A stretch of 30,196 nt of DNA from a candidate division FCPU426 bacterium (GTDB lineage: Bacteria; Oederibacteriota; JAAXVQ01; JAUVAV01), in assembly GCA_030637655.1 (NCBI GenBank), contig DAOWGI010000085.1:1-30196 (forward strand), written 5' to 3'. Positions within the stretch are counted from its first letter, which is position 1; each line of letters begins with the position of its first letter. The notes under the pieces were generated by a model, which did not search any database, was not told where the DNA came from, and saw nothing but the letters and a program-made list of their open reading frames with translations. The translations under genes were made by a program, and so were the position numbers. Positions 9,315 through 17,536 of the stretch are shown in pieces.

Positions 9315-11150
9315 CTAGAATGCCCAAATTTTAGCTGCTAAGCGTGCAAATTCTTCTGATCTTTTCTTAACCTGTCTGAACTTAAACATTCCATTTTTAT
9401 TGTATATATCCTTAGTCATTTGAATATTTGATTTTTTATACTCTTTTTTCTTTGCCTGAAAAGGATTATTTGATGCTTTGATGTTTAATTCTTGGGCCAA
9501 CAGTGTATAGTTCCCTATTCTATCAACAAACTCTGTATGTTGTGTTAATGCCCCGTCACCTAAGTACGTGGGCCAATCGCCGCATTCTTTAATCGCTTTC
9601 TTTTTATTAAAATTCTGTGGGATAATATGTTCCAAATGTACATCTCTTCCTGAATTTAGAATATATTCGCCTTTATCTTCAATAAGATAATATTCAAATT
9701 GCTCTAATGCATATTTCGCTCGCTCTATATTCTTTCTGAAATTATGTTCGGCAAACTTACTCTGGAATTTCTCATCCGAAGGTAAATATTTTGCTAATTG
9801 CTTCTTTACGTGGTTAGCAATATTTTCATCTTCTACGGTAACTAGCTTTGGGAAAATATCGTCTAATTCTGCTGTGCGATCTTCACAAATATGCTTGCGC
9901 ATCATAAATGTTTCGATAAGTCCCAGAACCTTTATCTTGTCCTGGTCATCAATTTTTCGGTGAAATAAATTCAGCAAAAATGTATAAGACGGAACTGAAT
10001 TAATTCGTTGTAGATCATAAATAGGTCGATTAAATTTTTTATTATCGAAATTATTGTTGACAATGTTGGCATAAATCTTTGATGAATCCTTAAGTGATTT
10101 CGCAAATTCAACAATGGAAATTTTTTCTGTGACTTCGGTACCAGCTTTTTCGCTTTCGCTTTCTTCCTCGTGTTCTTCCGATTCGCTGTCAACTAATACG
10201 CTCTCTTCAGATTCGTCTTCTTCTGTTCCGCGTCCTTCGTCTTCAGTGTCGTTTTCTTCAAATTCACTGAATGAACGATATTCTGGCAACATATTCGCTT
10301 TTTCAATATATCTATAATAATATTTCTTAAACTCCTCTATCAGTTTCGCAAACGTAATTTTTCTTTGGAGAATGCCTGCCATATAGTGTCTAAAAAAATC
10401 GTCTATTCGTATATTATCCAAATTCACAATTAACTGTTTCCAGTACTCTTTGGTTTTTCTAAGGACATCTTCGTCTATCATTGACGCGTGTCCTAGCAAG
10501 AAATTTTTAATAATATCTGTTGCACTCAATTTTAGTCCTCGGTTGTTAATTGTCTCAAATAATTTGTAGGCATCCTTGGCCTCGCCTATATCAAGCCGAA
10601 TAACCATTGTATTGTTAACCAACTTGAAATATAGTGTATTCACCTTTTCAAAATCATAGTCTGAAATCCGTTTTTTGAAATACTGATAGGCATTCAATAA
10701 ATATTTGTTTTGGATTTCTTCTGAATTTTCCAATACGAGTATTTTGGAATAGTCAGGTTTATCTAAATCGCCGAGGAGAATTTTATGCTGTGGTTTTCTG
10801 TTTATACCCTGGCAAAACAAATATGTATTAATTTCTTTTGCGGGATCTTCCTTCTTTAATTCAGTAAATTTATCTTGTATTGCCTTGAAGAAAAGCGATA
10901 GTGATGTTATGCGCTGCTGTCCATCCACCAACTCCAAGACATTCATATCTGCAGTGTGACTACCTGTAAGAAATAGGATCGTTCCCAACAAATGTGTATC
11001 ATTCTGATTAAGTTGATTGATATCTTCAAATAGTTCCAGAAGCTGCTTTTTGCCCCACGCATATCGTCTTTGATAGGCTGGAATCAAAAATTGCTCATTT
11101 TTGCTACTAAACAACTGGGCTATTTTCAACTGGGTTGGGGTTATTCTCAT
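9315..11150 (-). CDS. GmrSD-like DUF262 + DUF1524 (HNH) restriction endonuclease
   Basis: IPAYQRRYAW, VDGQQRITS and FETINNRG (DUF262); LEHIIPQ...IGNYTLL..ELN..ASN (DUF1524 HNH); GGAGG RBS; more AT-rich than the flanks. Confidence 0.92.
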   Translation of the reverse strand: MRITPTQLKIAQLFSSKNEQFLIPAYQRRYAWGKKQLLELFEDINQLNQNDTHLLGTILFLTGSHTADMNVLELVDGQQRITSLSLFFKAIQDKFTELKKEDPAKEINTYLFCQGINRKPQHKILLGDLDKPDYSKILVLENSEEIQNKYLLNAYQYFKKRISDYDFEKVNTLYFKLVNNTMVIRLDIGEAKDAYKLFETINNRGLKLSATDIIKNFLLGHASMIDEDVLRKTKEYWKQLIVNLDNIRIDDFFRHYMAGILQRKITFAKLIEEFKKYYYRYIEKANMLPEYRSFSEFEENDTEDEGRGTEEDESEESVLVDSESEEHEEESESEKAGTEVTEKISIVEFAKSLKDSSKIYANIVNNNFDNKKFNRPIYDLQRINSVPSYTFLLNLFHRKIDDQDKIKVLGLIETFMMRKHICEDRTAELDDIFPKLVTVEDENIANHVKKQLAKYLPSDEKFQSKFAEHNFRKNIERAKYALEQFEYYLIEDKGEYILNSGRDVHLEHIIPQNFNKKKAIKECGDWPTYLGDGALTQHTEFVDRIGNYTLLAQELNIKASNNPFQAKKKEYKKSNIQMTKDIYNKNGMFKFRQVKKRSEEFARLAAKIWAF

Positions 11151-11243
11151 TTTAATTTCATCCTCCCTTTTATTTACAATTTATCTAACATTTCAGGATA
11201 ACTTGTGGTTTGTACAAATACAGTCATAATCCCCACTTTGTTT

Positions 11244-11426
11244 TTATGACCACTTCACTCTCCCTTCCGCGCAGGCGGAGCTGACCGGGCAGACTTTGCA
11301 TTTATTTTTGGCCAGGCGTGGCTCGAACCAGCCTTGGCGGATGCTGTGAAAGGCTTCGGCGACTTCGTGGCGGATTTCGTCGCCGGCGCGGAGGTGATAT
11401 TTTTCCTCTTTCTCTTCCTTGAACAA
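11244..11426 (-). pseudogene. C-terminal remnant of a PD-(D/E)XK nuclease (AddB/RecB/Cas4-like)
   Basis: IRQGWFEPR....CKVCPVSSAC is the C-terminal CxxC-x5-C Fe-S motif of this family; the upstream frame runs into the hairpin element at 11433. Confidence 0.6.
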
Positions 11427-11430
11427 ATTC

Positions 11431-11547
11431 TGCCCGCAGCAAGCTGCGGGGTATCTAACCTGATTTATTATTTGTAAAATCCCCCGTAGCCCCCTTTTCC
11501 AAAGGGGGAACTCAATAAGTCACCCGGTAGCAAGTACGGGGAATTAC
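11431..11547 (+). mobile_element. Miniature palindrome-bounded element (PATE-like) with an internal C/G-tract repeat
   Basis: Hairpin CCCGCAGC-AA-GCTGCGGG (11433-11450); central AAAATCCCCCGTAGCCCCCTTTTCCAAAGGGGGA (11476-11509); degenerate second hairpin CCCGGTAGCAAGTACGGGGAATT. Confidence 0.6.
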
Positions 11548-11779
11548 AATTTAAACTTCCTGTTTATTTACTGCGTATGTATACTTATCGGTATAAGGAT
11601 ATCAATTCTTTATAGCGGTCAAATATTTTCAAGCGCCTTCACACTAAAATGGAGCATAAATTTGATCATTGGTGTTGGATAAAGGGATGTGTTAGATAAT
11701 GATTCTGCTGCAAAACCCCTATTTGGGGGTAATACCGCAATTCATTTTGTCATGCCCGAATGATTTTATTGGGAATATT

Positions 11780-11807
11780 GTAGGGACATTTAATTAAACG
11801 TCCCTAC
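11780..11807. repeat. GTAG-type REP palindrome
   Basis: GTAGGGACATTTAATTAAACGTCCCTAC; preceded by a TGTCATGCCCGAATG fragment at about 11748. Confidence 0.6.
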
Positions 11808-11895
11808 CTCAGACCTGGACACTCTCTGCCAAAGCAGGCCGAATTCAGTAAAACTCAGTGAACAGCAGACCATTGTCCGGAATCTGGAACGCCGG

Positions 11896-12528
11896 TTATA
11901 GTAGTCCATCCACTTCCTGATTCAAACGCGCAAAAAATTCCACCATGAAATCATGCCGTTTCATTGCCATTCGCCGGCCTTCGGTGGTTAAAATGCGTTT
12001 CTTGACATGTCGCAATTTAACCAGGTACTCACGGTAGGCAGTATCTTCAATGGTGTATGGTTTAGTTTTTTCAATATCTACGCCTTGGTTATGCAGTTTG
12101 GCGCCCACCTCGCCGGCAAACAAGAAGGCCCGGCCAATACCCACCGCTCCTATGGAATCCAATTTATCCGCATCAAACAACACTTTGGCTTCTAAGGTTT
12201 CAGGGTGATTATTGTTACGAAAGCGATGAGTCCGGATACAATGGACAATCCGGTCAATTTTAGCGCGCTCCAAGCCATGCTGAATCAACAGGTCTTGGGC
12301 GATTTCCGCGCCGCGTTGCGCATGACAGATTTTGCCGTTGGCTTGATATTCTGCTTCGCGGCCAATATCGTGTAAGAGTGCGGCATACTCCACGATTTCC
12401 TGATCAGCGCCTTCGACCTCTGCCAGCTGAAGGGCCAAGCTATAGACGCGTTCTGTATGTTCCCAATCGTGAGATCCTTTGGATCCGCGCAAGCGTGCTT
12501 GGGCTGCTTGTTTGATTTTGTCGATCAC
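11896..12528 (-). CDS. HD-domain metal-dependent phosphohydrolase (YedJ-like)
   Basis: SHDWEHTERV, ALLHDIGR, LFDADKLDSIGAVGIGR; GTG start with AAGGAG RBS. Confidence 0.9.
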   Translation of the reverse strand: MIDKIKQAAQARLRGSKGSHDWEHTERVYSLALQLAEVEGADQEIVEYAALLHDIGREAEYQANGKICHAQRGAEIAQDLLIQHGLERAKIDRIVHCIRTHRFRNNNHPETLEAKVLFDADKLDSIGAVGIGRAFLFAGEVGAKLHNQGVDIEKTKPYTIEDTAYREYLVKLRHVKKRILTTEGRRMAMKRHDFMVEFFARLNQEVDGLL

Positions 12529-12756
12529 GGCGTAATTACTCCTTGATATGTAATTTCAGGATATTATACGCGGAAATGTGAAAGGAAGCCAATGGGATTA
12601 TTGTTTTATAGTTTTCTCTGTTACTGAAATTTACTATAATACAAGCACTATGCCGAAAACGTCCGGAATGGTCATGATTTGGCCGGCAGGGGTGGCCGGG
12701 AGCTATGGAGACGCGGCCGGGCAATTTTTACTAAAATGGGATCAGCCTAAACACTA

Positions 12757-13806
12757 ATGGGGGCAATTGTGAAAAAACAAGGTACCTTACTTCTGGATCA
12801 AAAAACCATTCGAAACATTCTTGATTTAAAAGCTTCTATCCAGGCAGTGGAGAATGCATTCCGGTTCATGGGAAAAGGGAAAACCCAAATGCCTTCCAAG
12901 ATCTATTTGCAGTTGGATAAATTCCAGGGTGATTTTCGTGCCATGCCGGCGTTTATAGAAGGCTTGAGCGGCACGACCTTGAAATGGGTAAACGTACATC
13001 CTGGCAATCAGCGCAAAGGATTGCCTACAGTCATGGCCATCATTATTCTGAGTGATCCGAGTACCGGGTATCCGCTCTGTATTATGGATGGCACCTATGT
13101 TACTGCAGTGCGTACGGCTGCTGCCGGCGGCGTGGCTGCCAAGTATCTGGCGCGTAAAGATGCCAAGCAGGCGGCGATTATCGGAACCGGTGTGCAGGCC
13201 AAGTATCAATTGTTGGCCTTGCAGGAAGTTCTGCAGCTAAAACAGGTTTCGGTTTTTGGCATCAATGCCCAGGCCGGCCAAGCGTATGTAAAAATGATGA
13301 AAAAAATATCACGCCTAAAAATACTGCCGGCCAAAACCATCCGGGAATGTGTTCGAAATGCGGATGTCATTGTGACCACTACGCCCTCGAAAAAACCCTT
13401 AATCAAGCAGGCCTGGTTAAAACCAGGGGTTCATATCAATGCCATTGGCGCGGATGCCAAAGGCAAACAGGAACTGGAAGCCAAGATCGTCAAGCAGGCC
13501 AAAGTGGTAGTGGATTCCTGGGAACAGGCAGCACACAGCGGGGAGATCAATGTGCCCTTGCGCCAAGGGATACTCAAGCGCTCTGATGTTTTTGCGGATA
13601 TTGGCCAGATCGTGACCAAAAAAAAAGCCGGTCGGACCAATACACAGGAAATCACACTTTTTGATTCCACAGGCTTGGCCATTCAAGACACAGCACTGGC
13701 CAATCTGATTTACACAAAAGCACTCACACTGAAGAAAAAACAGTATATGCAATTCATTTCATCCCCTTTGCAAGAGACCCCGGGCTTGGTCCGTGGGGAT
13801 ATATAA
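12757..13806 (+). CDS. Ornithine cyclodeaminase/mu-crystallin family; resembles archaeal-type alanine dehydrogenase
   Basis: GDFRAMPA, KWVNVHPGN..GLPTVMA, TAVRTAAAG, IIGTGVQA, HINAIGAD, FDSTGLAIQD. Confidence 0.88.
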   Translation: MGAIVKKQGTLLLDQKTIRNILDLKASIQAVENAFRFMGKGKTQMPSKIYLQLDKFQGDFRAMPAFIEGLSGTTLKWVNVHPGNQRKGLPTVMAIIILSDPSTGYPLCIMDGTYVTAVRTAAAGGVAAKYLARKDAKQAAIIGTGVQAKYQLLALQEVLQLKQVSVFGINAQAGQAYVKMMKKISRLKILPAKTIRECVRNADVIVTTTPSKKPLIKQAWLKPGVHINAIGADAKGKQELEAKIVKQAKVVVDSWEQAAHSGEINVPLRQGILKRSDVFADIGQIVTKKKAGRTNTQEITLFDSTGLAIQDTALANLIYTKALTLKKKQYMQFISSPLQETPGLVRGDI

Positions 13807-13914
13807 ATGTGATCAGAGTAAGCGCAGTTGGTAATTGGAAAAGATAACCACTATGAGTAATGACCGTTCTGGAAATCAAGGGTAAGCAGGAACGTGTGAA
13901 AGATTAAAGCGTGT

Positions 13915-15423
13915 TTATTTCAGATCAGCCTTGTATGCTTCCACAAAGGCGGCAACTAAAGTAGGGTCAAATTGTTCAGTGGATTTTTGTTTTAGTTCTG
14001 CGAGCGCTTCCTGCGGCGTTTTCGTGGTGCGATGCATGGAATCGCTGATCATGCAGTCAAAAGCATCGGCAATCGCGATGATGCGGGAAAACAACGGAAT
14101 TTCTTCACCGCTAAGACCTTGCGGATAGCCTTTGCCATTGTACCATTCATGCACATGCAAAACAACTTTGTCTCCTTCGTGTAGAAAGCCCAGAGACCGG
14201 ACAATATTGGAGCCCACCACAGAATGAAGTTTTATGTCATTCCACTCATCATTAGTCAACGGGCCCCGCTTTCGTAAAATTTTTTCCGAGATATTGATTT
14301 TGCCGATGTCATGCAACAAGGCCAGATATTTCAGCTGACGTATTTCATGTGCCGGGAGGGCCAGTTGTTTGGCTAGCATGAGTGTGTAGCGACCTACCCG
14401 GGCTGAATGTCCGAAGGTGTAAGTGTCTTTAGCCTCGACTGTGGCTACCAAGGAACGTATGGTTCCAATGTAGAAATTTTTCACTTCATAATTGAGTTCG
14501 ACATTTTCAATGGCCATACCCGTAGCCCGGGCCAGGACTGAGATGAAGCGCACAAACTCGGTCTTGAAAAAAGCGCGTTCATTTTTGTATAGAATGATCA
14601 TACCTAAAATACGTGATTTGGATTTAAAGGGAACCGCCAAGAGAGACCCGGAATTGAGTTGGCTTTCTGCGAATCCAAAATATTTGGCCTCTTTTTCCGC
14701 GTTGGTAATCATGAGCTCTTTTTTGTTTTGTAAAATCCAGGTTTGAATAGTCTCGTCCAAAGGGATGAGTTTCTCGCGTACCCCGAATTTATCGGAATAG
14801 GAACATTGAAAACTAATGTCATTGCTGGTGCGGTGATAGGCTACTATGGAGATACGCGTGGCTTCGATGAATTGCTGGACCATGTTCATAACCGACCAGC
14901 AGACACTGGTAACATCTTCAGAGCCTTCAATGGCTTTGGTGATTTCATCGAGGGTCATCAGATCAGTCACTTTTTTCTGAAACTTTTGGGGTGAAGCGGA
15001 ATTTCGGAGTTTTTCTTTGTACATTTTTTCCAAATCTTCTTTACCCGGAGCGGTTTTGCGCTCTAAAACGTACTGGACCGCTTCAACCAGCATTTTTTTG
15101 TCAAAGGGTTTTAACAGCAAATCACGAGCGCCCTCTTTAATGGCATTGAAAGTAGTCTCCACATCGATCTGTTTGGCTAAAAAGATGACCGGAAGTTTTT
15201 TGCCCCAGCGTTCTTGAACAAGGCGCAGCAATTCAATGCCATCCATAAATGGCAAATTAAACTCAGTTAATACCAGATGAAAGGGCTGATCATTTAATTG
15301 GGTCATTGCCTCCACGCCGTCACGAGCCGTAAAAAGCGTATAGGCCTGGTCGCGCAGAAGTTCGACGGTGTATTCCAGACTTTCCTCGTCATTATCGACC
15401 AATAGAATATTGATAGTATTCAT
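13915..15423 (-). CDS. Receiver-GAF-HD-GYP cyclic dinucleotide phosphodiesterase
   Basis: N-terminal REC fold (ILLVDND...LLKPF); central GAF; EAKDTYTFGHS, LLHDIGK, HEWYNGKGYP, IADAFD. Confidence 0.9.
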   Translation of the reverse strand: MNTINILLVDNDEESLEYTVELLRDQAYTLFTARDGVEAMTQLNDQPFHLVLTEFNLPFMDGIELLRLVQERWGKKLPVIFLAKQIDVETTFNAIKEGARDLLLKPFDKKMLVEAVQYVLERKTAPGKEDLEKMYKEKLRNSASPQKFQKKVTDLMTLDEITKAIEGSEDVTSVCWSVMNMVQQFIEATRISIVAYHRTSNDISFQCSYSDKFGVREKLIPLDETIQTWILQNKKELMITNAEKEAKYFGFAESQLNSGSLLAVPFKSKSRILGMIILYKNERAFFKTEFVRFISVLARATGMAIENVELNYEVKNFYIGTIRSLVATVEAKDTYTFGHSARVGRYTLMLAKQLALPAHEIRQLKYLALLHDIGKINISEKILRKRGPLTNDEWNDIKLHSVVGSNIVRSLGFLHEGDKVVLHVHEWYNGKGYPQGLSGEEIPLFSRIIAIADAFDCMISDSMHRTTKTPQEALAELKQKSTEQFDPTLVAAFVEAYKADLK

Positions 15424-15547
15424 TGTTTGACCTCAGTGGAGATAAAAATGACCATAAACATGTTTTTATAATATCCCATGTTTTTATTATCGGCAGTAAT
15501 TCCGAATAAATATAACAAAAAAACAGGTCGGACCGGCAATCGAATTT

Positions 15548-15712
15548 GTAACATGTCAGTCAGGCGTTTTTTTGTTTGTCATCCCCGAATGCGGCCCCCA
15601 CCCTGTCATCCCCGAATGCTTGTATCGGGGATACGGTTTAAAAAACCAGATTCCCGCTAAAACCATGCGGGAATGACAATTTTTGTTTAACGGCACTTCA
15701 CTGATATATTAC
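15548..15712. mobile_element. MITE-like element, copy 1
   Basis: Ends GTAACATGTCAGT / ACTGATATATTAC (11/13 inverted); core TGTCATCCCCGAATGCTTGTATCGGGGA...CGGGAATGACA; closely similar to 28194-28332. Confidence 0.75.
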
Positions 15713-15773
15713 TCGAATTCTTATTTTATTCATGACATTCATCCCTAATCGGCTTAAAATATTACCACATACA

Positions 15774-15888
15774 GGTAATGCCCCGTGGCTTGCCACGGGG
15801 ATACCGCATACCCTCTCCCTTCCAGGGAGAGGGATAAAGGGTGAGGGTCACCTTAACATGCCCTGCGGCTTGCCGCAGGGTAATTGAC
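15774..15888 (-). mobile_element. Miniature IS200/IS605-end-like (PATE-like) element with an internal C/G-tract palindrome
   Basis: Hairpins CCCCGTGGC-TT-GCCACGGGG and CCCTGCGGC-TT-GCCGCAGGG enclose CCCTCTCCCTTCCAGGGAGAGGGATAAAGGGTGAGGGT; minus strand begins GTCAATTACCC. Confidence 0.65.
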
Positions 15889-15924
15889 TTTGTTTTCAGA
15901 ATAGTAATAAAAAGGAGATTATTT

Positions 15925-16539
15925 ATGAGACGCTGCTTAAAGCATATCGTCCTGCTTGTGATTTTATCCACCTTGACCACGTCCTGTTATTTTACCTCAA
16001 AGCAGGGACTGCCTAAAAGTCCTCAGATGGATCAGGCCTTGTTGGGAATGTGGGAAACCATTCCGTTGGAAGCGGACCAGGACAAAGAAAATGGCTATCT
16101 CCTGTTTATGGAGGACACCGAAGGGCTTATACATATTGTTGCCATGGAAGACTACTTCCGCTATACCGAGACCTACCGTGGTTTTATCTCGGACATCAAC
16201 GGAAAAAAATACTTAAATCTGAAAGAAATTCGAATGAGAATTCCGACTACTGAAAATTATTTTATTGTTGCGTATGAGATTAAAAACAATAAGATTCTGG
16301 AAATTTCGCTGCTCAATGAAGGGGCCATGGAAAAAGCAGTGGCCGAGAAAAAAATTAAAGGTACCCTGGAAAAAAATCAATATACTTCCAGTGTGGTGTT
16401 GACCGCCTCGCCGGAGGAACTGGCGGATTTTTTTGGAAAACAGAAGCAAACAAATATTCTGGATAAAAAGCTATTGGCCAGAGCTAAAAAAATACGCCGA
16501 CTCCCAAAATTCAGGAATACAAATAGCAGAGGTGATTAG
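15925..16539 (+). CDS. Hypothetical lipoprotein
   Basis: AAGGAG RBS before ATG 15925; signal peptide with LTTSC; DQALLGMW and ING KKYLNL segments. Confidence 0.75.
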   Translation: MRRCLKHIVLLVILSTLTTSCYFTSKQGLPKSPQMDQALLGMWETIPLEADQDKENGYLLFMEDTEGLIHIVAMEDYFRYTETYRGFISDINGKKYLNLKEIRMRIPTTENYFIVAYEIKNNKILEISLLNEGAMEKAVAEKKIKGTLEKNQYTSSVVLTASPEELADFFGKQKQTNILDKKLLARAKKIRRLPKFRNTNSRGD

Positions 16540-16541
16540 GA

Positions 16542-17471
16542 ATGCAACGACACATTGGAGTGCTGGTTCTGGCCGGACTGTTGCTTGTGGTTTCCGGCTG
16601 CCAGTCGCGCCTTCTCAACAAGGAGAAGGGTCTGCGGGGTTTTTTTGATACAGACAGCTATACTGCTCCGGCCGGAACATTTTCCATTGATTTGCGTGAA
16701 TTTGCCGATCCGGCTACAATCCGGGACACGGTGGAGGATGAGGGGGCCAGCTTGCGTTTACGCTTCTCCGATGTCCAAGGTGCCGAGTATACAATTTTAG
16801 TCACCTATACTTTAAGTGTAGCTCCGGTGGATTTTATTGATCAGTTGGTGGAAAAGCGAAGAGCTGTGGATAAAAATGTGATAAAGACCAAGACGCCGGC
16901 GAGGATTGATTGTCTGCTCTCGAATGGATTTCATCGTTATAAAAAAAGTGATAGAGTATGTGGTGAAATAAATCTGGTATTTTACCAGGAACGTGCGGTC
17001 TTTAATTTGCTGATTTCCTCTCCACCATTTTTGCGAGCGCAGGAAGCTGCTACAACTGCGGAAGCAGCCTTAAATGTCTTGTGGAAACGTACTCGTTTTC
17101 GGGGGCGCTTAGATCAACTGCAACCGATTTCTTCACAACAAGATCCCAGAGTTCCGATTGTGGTTGGAACCGCGCTACGTACAGCCTCGCAACTCAAATA
17201 TGCCGTGGATGTGCAGCGTACCAACAAGCCGATTGTTCGTATGACTCCTTCCGGTGAGACCAAAGATATTATTCTGAGCATTGGTGTGAACCGACAAGGT
17301 AAGCGATTGCATACCACAGAAGCGGTCTCTTGTCCGGCACCGGAGAAAAAAATAGGCCGGCACAAACTGGAGGTTTTTTATAACCTGTTTCAGCAAGAGT
17401 TAAAAAAAGAGAAACTCTATGTACACCGCGAACTTACCTATGATGCTGAGCTTTTGCTTGCTCCGAGATAA
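16542..17471 (+). CDS. Hypothetical lipoprotein
   Basis: 309 aa; lipobox VSGC; GAGGTG RBS; starts 2 nt after the previous stop. Confidence 0.7.
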   Translation: MQRHIGVLVLAGLLLVVSGCQSRLLNKEKGLRGFFDTDSYTAPAGTFSIDLREFADPATIRDTVEDEGASLRLRFSDVQGAEYTILVTYTLSVAPVDFIDQLVEKRRAVDKNVIKTKTPARIDCLLSNGFHRYKKSDRVCGEINLVFYQERAVFNLLISSPPFLRAQEAATTAEAALNVLWKRTRFRGRLDQLQPISSQQDPRVPIVVGTALRTASQLKYAVDVQRTNKPIVRMTPSGETKDIILSIGVNRQGKRLHTTEAVSCPAPEKKIGRHKLEVFYNLFQQELKKEKLYVHRELTYDAELLLAPR

Positions 17472-17536
17472 TCGCTGGAACCGATACTGAAGCGAATGCC
17501 TCTCGGCGCAGGCAGGACAGAAAGTGAATTGGAATT

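Noticed and set aside
11244-11426. Calling the fragment cas4
   Set aside because: The Cys motif is shared with AddB/RecB-like nucleases; no CRISPR context.
12650-12730. GC-rich stretch upstream of the OCD/AlaDH gene as a riboswitch
   Set aside because: No recognisable aptamer consensus or terminator seen.
15841-15924. Upstream start of the lipoprotein ORF and small ORFs 15478..15660 and 15762..15980
   Set aside because: They read through palindromic repeat elements; RBS and signal peptide support ATG 15925.
16537-16544. Genome-wide TAG reassignment as the explanation for the stop at 18712
   Set aside because: TAG at 16537-16539 is followed 2 nt later by the next start, and TAG also ends the GmrSD-like gene at a plausible terminus, so TAG behaves as a normal stop.
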